Shown here: positions 37,801 through 50,261 of the stretch, one piece after another
How positions within the stretch are numbered: the stretch's first letter is position 1
Layout: each line of letters starts with the position of its first letter
NCBI GenBank assembly: GCA_964247055.1
Contig: OZ176051.1
Span: 248,001-312,000, forward strand
Length of the DNA stretch: 64,000 nt
Direction: 5' to 3'
Origin: Paragordius varius
Lineage: Eukaryota > Animalia > Nematomorpha
The notes under the pieces: model-generated
What the model was told of the DNA's origin: nothing
Database searches by the model: none
Seen by the model: the letters and a program-made list of their open reading frames with translations, nothing else
Translations under genes and position numbers: made by a program

Positions 37801-40222
37801 CTAGCTAAAATCCAAATTTGATCAGGTGTCACCATAATTTTTTTTGGGTAGCCCTATGGTAGTTCCATCATCACCCCAAATATTTTCGAGATCGGAGTAT
37901 AAATGTAATTTTTATGAATTTTTTAAATATTTAAAAAATTTATTTTATACGATATTAAAAATAAAAATGGCTACCTAAAATCCAAATTTGATCAGGTGAT
38001 GTCACCATATTTTTTTTGGGTAGCCCTATGGTAGTTCCATCATCACCCCAAATATTTTGGGGATCGGACTATAAATGTAATTTTTATGAATTTTTTAAAT
38101 ATTTAAAAAATTTATTTTATACGATTTTAAAAAAAATGGCTATCTAAAATCCAAATTTGATCAGGTGAGGTCACCATAATTTTTTTTGGGTAGCCCTATG
38201 GTAGTTCCATCATCACCCCAAATATTTTCGAGATCGGAGTATAAATGTAATTTTTATGAATTTTTTAAATATTTAAAAAATTTATTTTATACGATTTTAA
38301 AAATAAAAATGGCTACCTAAAATCCAAATTTGATCAGGTGATGTCGCCATAATTTTTTTTGGGTAGCCCTATGGTAGTTCCATCATCACCCCAAATATTT
38401 TCGAGATCGGAGTATAAATGTAATTTTTATGAATTTTTTAAATATTTAAAAAATTTATTTTATACGATTTTAAAAATAAAAATGGCTACCTAAAATCCAA
38501 ATTTGATCAGGTGATGTCGCCATAATTTTTTTTTGGGTAGCCCTATGGTAGTTCCATCATAACCCCAAATATTTTTGAGATCGGACTTTAAATGTAATTT
38601 TTATGAATTTTTTAAATATTTAAAAAATTTATTTTATACGATTTTAAAAATAAAAATGGCTACCTAAAATCCAAATTTCATCAGGTGATGTCGCTATAAT
38701 TTTTTTTGGGTAGCCCTATGGTAGTTCCATCATCACCCCAAATACTTTGGGGATCGGACTATAAATGTAATTTTTATGAATTTTTTAAGTATTTAAAAAA
38801 TTTATTTTATACGATTATAAAAATAAAAATGGCTACCTAAAATCAAAATTTGATCAGGTGATGTCGCCATAATTTTTTTTGGGTAGCCCTATGGTAGTTC
38901 CATCATAACCCCAAATATTTTTGAGATCGGACTTTAAATGTAATTTTTATGAATTTTTTAAATATTTAAAAAATTTATTTTATACGATTTTAAAAATAAA
39001 AATGGCTACCTAAAATCCAAATTTATCAGGTGATGTCACCATAATTTTTTTTGGGTAGCCCTATGGTTGTTCCATCATCACCCCAAATATTTTCGAGATC
39101 GGAGTATAAATGTAATTTTTATGAATTTTTTAAATATTTAAAAAATTTATTTTATACGATTTTAAAAATAAAAATGGCTAGCTAAAATCCAAATTTGATC
39201 AGGTGTCACCATAATTTTTTTTGGGTAGCCCTATGGTAGTTCCATCATCACCCCAAATATTTTCGAGATCGGAGTATAAATGTAATTTTTATGAATTTTT
39301 TAAATATTTAAAAAATTTATTTTATACGATATTAAAAATAAAAATGGCTACCTAAAATCCAAATTTGATCAGGTGATGTCACCATATTTTTTTTGGGTAG
39401 CCCTATGGTAGTTCCATCATCACCCCAAATATTTTGGGGATCGGACTATAAATGTAATTTTTATGAATTTTTTAAATATTTAAAAAATTTATTTTATACG
39501 ATTTTAAAAAAAATGGCTATCTAAAATCCAAATTTGATCAGGTGAGGTCACCATAATTTTTTTTGGGTAGCCCTATGGTAGTTCCATCATCACCCCAAAT
39601 ATTTTCGAGATCGGAGTATAAATGTAATTTTTATGAATTTTTTAAATATTTAAAAAATTTATTTTATACGATTTTAAAAATAAAAATGGCTACCTAAAAT
39701 CCAAATTTGATCAGGTGATGTCGCCATAATTTTTTTTGGGTAGCCCTATGGTAGTTCCATCATCACCCCAAATATTTTCGAGATCGGAGTATAAATGTAA
39801 TTTTTATGAATTTTTTAAATATTTAAAAAATTTATTTTATACGATTTTAAAAATAAAAATGGCTACCTAAAATCCAAATTTGATCAGGTGATGTCGCCAT
39901 AATTTTTTTTTGGGTAGCCCTATGGTAGTTCCATCATAACCCCAAATATTTTTGAGATCGGACTTTAAATGTAATTTTTATGAATTTTTTAAATATTTAA
40001 AAAATTTATTTTATACGATTTTAAAAATAAAAATGGCTACCTAAAATCCAAATTTCATCAGGTGATGTCGCTATAATTTTTTTTGGGTAGCCCTATGGTA
40101 GTTCCATCATCACCCCAAATACTTTGGGGATCGGACTATAAATGTAATTTTTATGAATTTTTTAAGTATTTAAAAAATTTATTTTATACGATTTTAAAAA
40201 TAAAAATGGCTACCTAAAATCC
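34887..40222 (+). repeat. 8-monomer higher-order repeat, 3 full copies plus 7/8 of a fourth (period 1377-1378 bp)
   Basis: The AAATTTATCAGG marker is at 34887, 36265, 37642 and 39019; each unit then carries GGTTGTT, CAGGTGTCACC, A-run GGCTATCT, GTGAGGTC, T9 with CATAAC, and TTTCATCAGG with TAAGTATT. Confidence 0.95.
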
Positions 40223-42295
40223 AAATTTGATCAGGTGATGTCACCATAATTTTTTTTGGGTAGCCCTATGGTAGTTCCATCATCACCCCAAATATTTTCG
40301 AGATCGGAGTATAAATGTAATTTTTATGAATTTTTTAAATATTTAAAAAATTTATTTTATACGATTTTAAAAATAAAAATGGCTACCTAAAATCAAAATT
40401 TGATCAGGTGATGTCGCCATAATTTTTTTTGGGTAGCCCTATGGTAGTTCCATCATAACCCCAAATATTTTTGAGATCGGACTTTAAATGTAATTTTTAT
40501 GAATTTTTTAAATATTTAAAAAATTTATTTTATACGATTTTAAAAATAAAAATTGCTACCTAAAATCCAAATTTGATCAGGTGATGTCGCCATAATTTTT
40601 TTTGGGTAGCCCTATGTTAGTTCCATCATCACCCCAAATATTTTTGAGATCGGAGTATAAATGTAATTTTTATGAATTTTTTAAATATTTAAAAAATTTA
40701 TTTTATACGATTTTAAAAATAAAAATGGCTACCTAAAATCCAAATTTGATCAGGTGATGTCACTATAATTTTTTTGGGTAGCCCTATGGTAGTTCCATCA
40801 TCACCCTAAATATTTTGGGGATCGGACTATAAATGTAATTTATATGAATTTTTTAAATATTTAAAAAATATATTTTATACGATTTTAAAAATAAAAATGG
40901 CTACCTAAAATCCAAATTTGATCAGGTGATGTCGCCATAATTTTTTTTGGGTAGCCCTATAGTAGTTCCATCATCACCCCAAATACTTTGGGGATCGGAC
41001 TATAAATGTAATTTTTATGAATTTTTTAAATATTTAAAAAATTTATTTTATACGATTTTAAAAATAAAAATGGCTACCTAAAATCCAAATTTGATCAGAT
41101 GATGTCACCATGATTTTTTTTGGGTAGCCCTATGGTAGTTCCATCATCACCCCAAATATTTTCGAGATCGGAGTATAAATGTAATTTTTATGAATTTTTT
41201 AAATATTTAAAAAATTTATTATATACGATTTTAAAAATAAAAATGGCTACCTAAAATCCAAATTTCATCAGGTGATGTCGCTATAATTTTTTTTGGGTAG
41301 CCCTATGGTAGTTCCATCATCACCCCAAATACTTTGGGGATCGGACTATAAATGTAATTTTTATGAATTTTTTAAGTATTTAAAAAATTTATTTTATACG
41401 ATTTTAAAAATAAAAATGGCTACCTAAAATCCAAATTTGATCAGGTGATGTCACCATAATTTTTTTTGGGTAGCCCTATGGTAGTTCCATCATCACCCCA
41501 AATATTTTCGAGATCGGAGTATAAATGTAATTTTTATGAATTTTTTAAATATTTAAAAAATTTATTTTATACGATTTTAAAAATAAAAATGGCTACCTAA
41601 AATCAAAATTTGATCAGGTGATGTCGCCATAATTTTTTTTGGGTAGCCCTATGGTAGTTCCATCATAACCCCAAATATTTTTGAGATCGGACTTTAAATG
41701 TAATTTTTATGAATTTTTTAAATATTTAAAAAATTTATTTTATACGATTTTAAAAATAAAAATTGCTACCTAAAATCCAAATTTGATCAGGTGATGTCGC
41801 CATAATTTTTTTTGGGTAGCCCTATGTTAGTTCCATCATCACCCCAAATATTTTTGAGATCGGAGTATAAATGTAATTTTTATGAATTTTTTAAATATTT
41901 AAAAAATTTATTTTATACGATTTTAAAAATAAAAATGGCTACCTAAAATCCAAATTTGATCAGGTGATGTCACTATAATTTTTTTGGGTAGCCTTATGGT
42001 AGTTCCATCATCACCCTAAATATTTTGGGGATCGGACTATAAATGTAATTTATATGAATTTTTTAAATATTTAAAAATATATTTTATACGATTTTAAAAA
42101 TAAAAATGGCTACCTAAAATCCAAATTTGATCAGGTGATGTCGCCATAATTTTTTTTGGGTAGCCCTATAGTAGTTCCATCATCACCCCAAATACTTTGG
42201 GGATCGGACTATAAATGTAATTTTTATGAATTTTTTAAATATTTAAAAAATTTATTATATACGATTTTAAAAATAAAAATGGCTACCTAAAATCC
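40050..42295 (+). repeat. Duplication with 7-monomer period (1210 bp), ~6 monomers copied
   Basis: TTTCATCA monomers at 40050/41260; ATCAAAATTT, ATTGCTACC with ATGTTAG, and CCCTAAA with TATATG repeat in order. Confidence 0.88.
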
Positions 42296-43835
42296 AAATT
42301 TGATCAGGTGATGTCACCATAATTTTTTTTGGGTAGCCCTATGGTAGTTCCATCATCACCCCAAATATTGTCGAGATCGGAGTATAAATGTAATTTTTTT
42401 GAATTTTTTAAATATTTAAAAAATTTATTTTATACGATTTTAAAAATAAAAAGGGCTACCTAAAATCAAATTTGATCAGGTGATGTCGCCATAATTTTTT
42501 TTGGGTAGCCCTATGGTAGTTCCATCATCACCTCAAATATTTTTGAGATCGGAGTATAAATGTAATTTTTATGAATTTTTTAAATATTTAAAAAATTTAT
42601 TTTATACGATTTTAAAAATAAAAATGGCTACCTAAAATCAAATTTGATCAGGTGATGTCGCCATAATTTTTTTTGGGTAGCCCTATGGTAGTTCCATCAT
42701 AACCCCAAATATTTTTGAGATTGGACTTTAAATGAATGAATTTTTTAAATATTTAAAAAATTTATTTTATACGATTTTAAAAATAAAAATGGCTACCTAA
42801 AATCCAAATTTGATTAGGTGATGTCGCCATAATTTTTTTTGGGTAGCCCTATAGTAGTTCCATCATCACCTCAAATATTTTTGAGATCGGAGTATAAATG
42901 TAATTTTTATGAATTTTTTAAATATTTAAAAAATTTATTTTATACGATTTTAAAAATAAAAATGGCTACCTAAAATCCAAATTTGATCAGGTGATGTCGC
43001 CATAATTTTTTTTGGGTAGCCCTATGGTAGTTCCATCATAACCCCAAATATTTTTGAGATCGGACTTTAAATGTAATTTTTATGAATTTTATAAATATTT
43101 AAAAAATTTATTTTATACGATTTTAAAAATAAAAATGGCTACCTAAAATCCAAATTTGATCAGGTGATGTCGCCATATTTTTTTTTGGGTAGCCCTATGG
43201 TAGTTCCATCATCACCCCAAATATTTTGGGAATCGGACTATAAATGTAATTTTTATGAATTTTTTAAATATTTAAAAAATTTATTTTATACGATTTTAAA
43301 ATAAAAATGTCTACCTAAAATCCAAATTTGATCAGGTAATGTCGCCATAATTTTTTTTGGGTAACCCTATGGGGGTTCCATCATCACCCCAAATATTTTT
43401 GAGATCGGACTTTAAATGTAATTTTTATGAATTTTTTAAATATTTAAAAAATTTATTTTATACGATTTTAAAAATAAAAATGGCTACCTAAAATCCAAAT
43501 TTGATCAGGTGATGTCGCCATAATTTTTTTGGGGTAGCCCTATAGTAGTTCCATCATCACCCCAAATATTTTTGAGATCGGAATTTAAATGTAATTTTTA
43601 TAAATTTTTTAAATATTTGAAAAATTTATTTTATACGATTTTAAAAATAAAAATGGCTACCTAAAATCCAAATTTGATCAGGTGATGTCGCCATAATTTT
43701 TTTTGGGTAGCCCTATGGTAGTTCCATGATCACAATATTTTCAATGTCGGAGTATTGTAATTTTTATGAATTTTTTAAATATATAAAAAATTTATTTTAT
43801 ACGATTTTAAAAATAAAAATGGCTACCTAAAATCC

Positions 43836-45388
43836 AAATTTGATCAGGTGATGTCACCATATATTTTTTTGGGTAGCCCTATGGTAGTTCCATTATCACC
43901 CGAAATATTGTCGAGATCGGAGTATAAATGTAATTTTTTTGAATTTTTTAAATATTTAAAAAATTTATTTTATACGATTTTAAAAATAAAAATGGCTACC
44001 TAAAATCAAATTTGATCAGGTGATGTCGCCATAATTTTTTTTGGGTAGCCCTATGGTAGTTCCATCATAACCCCAAATATTTTTGAGATCGGACTTTAAA
44101 TGTAATTTTAATGAATTTTTTAAATATTTAAAAAATTTATTTTATACGATTTTAAAAATAAAAATGGCTACCTAAAATCCAAATTTGATTAGGTGATGTC
44201 GACATAATTTTTTTTGTGTAGCCCTATAGTAGTTCCATCATCACCGCAAATATTTTTGAGATCGGAGTATAAATGTAATTTTTATGAAATTTTTTAAATA
44301 TTTAAAAATTTATTTTATACGATTTTAAAAATAAAAATGGCTACCTAAAATCCAAATTTGATCAGGTGATGTCGCCATAATTTTTTTGGGTAGCCCTATG
44401 GTAGTTCCATCCTAACCCCAAATATTTTTGAGATTGGACTTTAAATGTAATTTTTATGAATTTTTTAAATATTTAAAAAATTTATTTTATACGATTTTAA
44501 AAATAAAAATGGCTACCTAAAATCCAAATTTGATCAGATGATGTCGCCATAATTTTTTTTGGGTAGCCCTATGGTAGTTCCATGATAACCCCAAATATTT
44601 TTGAGATCGGAATTTAAATGTAATTTTTATAAATTTTTTAAATATTTGAAAAATTTATTTTATACGATTTTAAAAATAAAAATGGCTACCTAAAATCCAA
44701 ATTTGATCAGGTGATGTCACCATATATTTTTTTGGGTAGCCCTATGGTAGTTCCATTATCACCCGAAATATTGTCGAGATCGGAGTATAAATGTAATTTT
44801 TTTGAATTTTTTAAATATTTAAAAAATTTATTTTATACGATTTTAAAAATAAAAATGGCTACCTAAAATCAAATTTGATCAGGTGATGTCGCCATAATTT
44901 TTTTTGGGTAGCCCTATGGTAGTTCCATCATAACCCCAAATATTTTTGAGATCGGACTTTAAATGTAATTTTAATGAATTTTTTAAATATTTAAAAAATT
45001 TATTTTATACGATTTTAAAAATAAAAATGGCTACCTAAAATCCAAATTTGATCAGGTGATGTCACCATAATTTTTTTTGTGTAGCCCTATAGTAGTTCCA
45101 TCATCACCGCAAATATTTTTGAGATCGGAGTATAAATGTAATTTTTATGAAATTTTTTAAATATTTAAAAATTTATTTTATACGATTTTAAAAATAAAAA
45201 TGGCTACCTAAAATCCAAATTTGATCAGGTGATGTCGCCATAATTTTTTTGGGTAGCCCTATGGTAGTTCCATCCTAACCCCAAATATTTTTGAGATTGG
45301 ACTTTAAATGTAATTTTTATGAATTTTTTAAATATTTAAAAAATTTATTTTATACGATTTTAAAAATAAAAATGGCTACCTAAAATCC
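43836..45388 (+). repeat. Duplication with 5-monomer period (863 bp), 4 monomers copied
   Basis: CATTATCACCCG, ATCAAATTTG with TTTAATG, GTGTAG with CACCGC, and CATCCTAAC with GATTGG occur from 43836 and 44699. Confidence 0.88.
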
Positions 45389-47035
45389 AAATTTGATCAG
45401 GTGATGTCACCATAATTTTTTTTGGGTAGCCCTATGGTAGTTCCATCATCACCCCAAATATTTTCAAGATCGGTGTATAAATGTAATTTTTATGAATTTT
45501 TTAAATATTTAAAAAATTTATTTTATACGATTTTAAAAATAAAAATGGCTACCTAAAATCCAAATTTGATCAGGTAATGTCACTATAATTTTTTTGGGTA
45601 GCCCAATGGTAGTTCCATCATCACCCCAAATATTTTGGGGATCGGATTATAAATGTAATTTTTATGAATTTTTTAAATATTTAAAAAATTTATTTTATAC
45701 GATTTTAAAAATAAAAATGGCTACCTAAAATCCAAATTTGATCAGGGGATGTCACTATAATTTTTTTAGTTAGCCCTATGGTAGTTCCATCATCACCCCA
45801 AATATTTTGGGGATCGGACTATAAATGTAATTTTTATGAATTTTTTAAATATTTAAAAAATTTATTTTATACGATTTTAAAAATAAAAATGGCTACCTAA
45901 AATCCAAATTTGATCAGGTGATGTCGCCATAATTTTTTTGGGTAGCCCTATGGTAGTTCCATCATAACCCCAAATATTTTTGAGATCGGACTTTAAATGT
46001 AATTTTTATGAATTTTTTAAATATTTAAAAAATTTATTTTATACGATTTTAAAAATAAAAATGGCTACCTAAAATCCAAATTTGATCAGGTGATGTCACC
46101 ATAATTTTTTTTCGGTAGCCCTATGGTAGTTCCATCATCACCCCAAATATTTTCGAGATCGGTGTATAAATGTAATTTTTATGAATTTTTTAAATATTTA
46201 AAAAATTTATTTTATACGATTTTAAAAATAAAAATGGCTACCTAAAATCCAAATTTGATCAGGTGATGTCACTATAATTTTTTTGGGTAGCCCTATGGTA
46301 GTTCCATCATCACCCCAAATATTTTGGGGATCGGACTATAAATGTAATTTTTATGAATTTTTTAAATATTTAAAAAATTTATTTTATACGATTTTAAAAA
46401 TAAAAATAGCTACCTAAAATCCAAATTTGATCAGGTAATGTCACTATAATTTTTTTGGGTAGCCCTATGGTAGTTCCATCATCTCCCCATATATTTTGGG
46501 GATCGGACTATAAATGTAATTTTTATGAATTTTTTAAATATTTAAAAAATTTATTTTATACGATTTTAAAAATAAAAATGGCTACCTAAAATCCAAATTT
46601 GATCAGGTGATGTCGCCATAATTTTTTTTGCGTAGCCCTATGGTAGTTCCATCATCAGCCCAAATACTTTGGGGATCGGACTATAAATGTAATTTTTATG
46701 AATTTTTTAAATATTTAAAAAATTTATTTTATACGATTTTAAAAATCAAAATGGCTACCTAAAATCCAAATTTGATCAGGTGATGTCGCCATCATTTTGT
46801 TTGAGTAGCCCTATGGTAGTTCCATCATAACCCCAAATATTTTTGAGATCGGACTTTAAATGTAATTTTTATAAATTTTTTAAATATGTGAAAAATTAAT
46901 TTTATACGATTTTAAAATTAAAAATGGCTACCTAAAATCCAAATTTGATCAGGTGATGTCACCATAATTTTTTTTGGGTAGCCCTATGGTAGTTCCATCA
47001 TTACCCCAAATATTGTCGAGATCGGAGTATAAATG

Positions 47036-47101
47036 AAGCTTATAAAAAATGATGACAAAATTATTATTATTATAATAGATAGTATAGTTAGGTGATAAAT
47101 G
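47036..47101. other. 66-bp non-satellite insertion AAGCTTATAAAAAATGATGACAAAATTATTATTATTATAATAGATAGTATAGTTAGGTGATAAATG replacing ~8 bp of monomer (231-bp monomer)
   Basis: Monomer anchors at 46941 and 47172; the sequence is absent from consensus; it ends in ATAAATG, identical to the left flank. Confidence 0.93.
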
Positions 47102-50100
47102 ATGTATTTTTTAAATATTTAAAAAATTTATTTTATACGATTTTAAAAATAAAAATGGTTACGTAAAATCCAAATTTGAACAGATGATGTCACCATTATT
47201 TTTTTGGGTAGCCCTATGGTAGTTCCATCATCACCCCAAATATTTTCGAGATCGGAGTATAAATGTAATTTTTATGAATTTTTTTAAATATTTAAAAAAT
47301 TTATTTTATACGATTTTAAAAATCAAAATGGCTACCTAAAATCCAAATTTGATCAGGTGATGTCGCCATAATTTTTTTTGGGTAGCCCTATGGTAGTTCC
47401 ATCATCACCCCAAATATTTTCAATGTCGGAGTATTGTAATTTTTATGAATTTTTTAAATATTTAAAAAATTTATTTTATACGATTTTAAAAATAAAAATG
47501 GCTACCTAAAATCCAAATTTGATCAGGTGATGTCACCATATATTTTTTTGGGTAGCCCTATGGTAGTTCCATTATCACCCGAAATATTGTCGAGATCGGA
47601 GTATAAATGTAATTTTTTTGAATTTTTTAAATATTTAAAAAATTTATTTTATACGATTTTAAAAATAAAAATGGCTACCTAAAATCAAATTTGATCAGGT
47701 GATGTCGCCATAATTTTTTTTGGGTAGCCCTATGGTAGTTCCATCATAACCCCAAATATTTTTGAGATCGGACTTTAAATGTAATTTTAATGAATTTTTT
47801 AAATATTTAAAAAATTTATTTTATACGATTTTAAAAATAAAAATCGCTACCTAAAATCCAAATTTGATCAGGTGATGTCGCCATAATTTTTTTTGTGTAG
47901 CCCTATAGTAGTTCCATCATCACCGCAAATATTTTTGAGATCGGAGTATAAATGTAATTTTTATGAATTTTTTAAATATTTAAAAAATTTATTTTATACG
48001 ATTTTAAAAATAAAAATGGCTACCTAAAATCCAAATTTGATCAGGTAATGTCACTATAATTTTTTTGGGTAGCCCAATGGTAGTTCCATCATCACCCCAA
48101 ATATTTTGGGGATCGGACTATAAATGTAATTTTTATGAATTTTTTAAATATTTAAAAAATTTATTTTATACGATTTTAAAAATAAAAATGGCTACCTAAA
48201 ATCCAAATTTGATCAGGTGATGTCACTATAATTTTTTTAGTTAGCCCTATGGTAGTTCCATCATCACCCCAAATATTTTGGGGATCGGACTATAAATGTA
48301 ATTTTTATGAATTTTTTAAATATTTAAAAAATTTATTTTATACGATTTTAAAAATAAAAATGGCTACCTAAAATCCAAATTTGATCAGGTGATGTCGCCA
48401 TAATTTTTTTGGGTAGCCCTATGGTAGTTCCATCATAACCCCAAATATTTTTGAGATCGGACTTTAAATGTAATTTTTATGAATTTTTTAAATATTTAAA
48501 AAATTTATTTTATACGATTTTAAAAATAAAAATGGCTACCTAAAATCCAAATTTGATCAGGTGATGTCACCATAATTTTTTTTCGGTAGCCCTATGGTAG
48601 TTCCATCATCACCCCAAATATTTTAGAGATCGGTGTATAAATGTAATTTTTATGAATTTTTTAAATATTTAAAAAATTTATTTTATACGATTTTAAAAAT
48701 AAAAATGGCTACCTAAAATCCAAATTTGATCAGGTGATGTCACTATAATTTTTTTGGGTAGCCCTATGGTAGTTCCATCATCACCCCAAATATTTTGGGG
48801 ATCGGACTATAAATGTAATTTTTATGAATTTTTTAAATATTTAAAAAATTTATTTTATACGATTTTAAAAATAAAAATAGCTACCTAAAATCCAAATTTG
48901 ATCAGGTGATGTCACTATAATTTTTTTGGGTAGCCCTATGGTAGTTCCATCATCACCCCATATATTTTGGGGATCGGACTATAAATGTAATTTTTATGAA
49001 TTTTTTAAATATTTAAAAAATTTATTTTATACGATTTTAAAAATAAAAATGGCTACCTAAAATCCAAATTTGATCAGGTGATGTCGCCATAATTTTTTTG
49101 GGTAGCCCTATGGTAGTTCCATCATAACCCCAAATATTTTTGAGATCGGACTTTAAATGTAATTTTTATGAATTTTTTAAATATTTAAAAAATTTATTTT
49201 ATACGATTTTAAAAATAAAAATGGCTACCTAAAATCCAAATTTGATCAGGTGATGTCACCATAATTTTTTTTCGGTAGCCCTATGGTAGTTCCATCATCA
49301 CCCCAAATATTTTCGAGATCGGTGTATAAATGTAATTTTTATGAATTTTTTAAATATTTAAAAAATTTATTTTATACGATTTTAAAAATAAAAATGGCTA
49401 CCTAAAATCCAAATTTGATCAGGTGATGTCACTATAATTTTTTTGGGTAGCCCTATGGTAGTTCCATCATCACCCCAAATATTTTGGGGATCGGACTATA
49501 AATGTAATTTTTATGAATTTTTTAAATATTTAAAAAATTTATTTTATACGATTTTAAAAATAAAAATAGCTACCTAAAATCCAAATTTGATCAGGTAATG
49601 TCACTATAATTTTTTTGGGTAGCCCTATGGTAGTTCCATCATCTCCCCATATATTTTGGGGATCGGACTATAAATGTAATTTTTATGAATTTTTTAAATA
49701 TTTAAAAAATTTATTTTATACGATTTTAAAAATAAAAATGGCTACCTAAAATCCAAATTTGATCAGGTGATGTCGCCATAATTTTTTTTGCGTAGCCCTA
49801 TGGTAGTTCCATCATCAGCCCAAATACTTTGGGGATCGGACTATAAATGTAATTTTTATGAATTTTTTAAATATTTAAAAAATTTATTTTATACGATTTT
49901 AAAAATCAAAATGGCTACCTAAAATCCAAATTTGATCAGGTGATGTCGCCATCATTTTGTTTGAGTAGCCCTATGGTAGTTCCATCATAACCCCAAATAT
50001 TTTTGAGATCGGACTTTAAATGTAATTTTTATAAATTTTTTAAATATGTGAAAAATTAATTTTATACGATTTTAAAATTAAAAATGGCTACCTAAAATCC

Positions 50101-50195
50101 AAATTTGATCAGGTGATGTCACCATAATTTTTTTTGGGTAGCCCTATGGTAGTTCCATCATTACCCCAAATATTGTCGAGATCGGAGTATAAATG

Positions 50196-50261
50196 AAGCT
50201 TATAAAAAATGATGACAAAATTATTATTATTATAATAGATAGTATAGTTAGGTGATAAATG
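50196..50261. other. Second, identical copy of the 66-bp insertion
   Basis: Same sequence at +3160 within the 18-mer duplication. Confidence 0.93.

Noticed and set aside
47036-47101. Annotating the insertion as a mobile element
   Set aside because: It has no terminal inverted repeats, poly(A) tail, coding capacity or recognisable termini; both copies derive from one duplication. It is kept only as a hypothesis.
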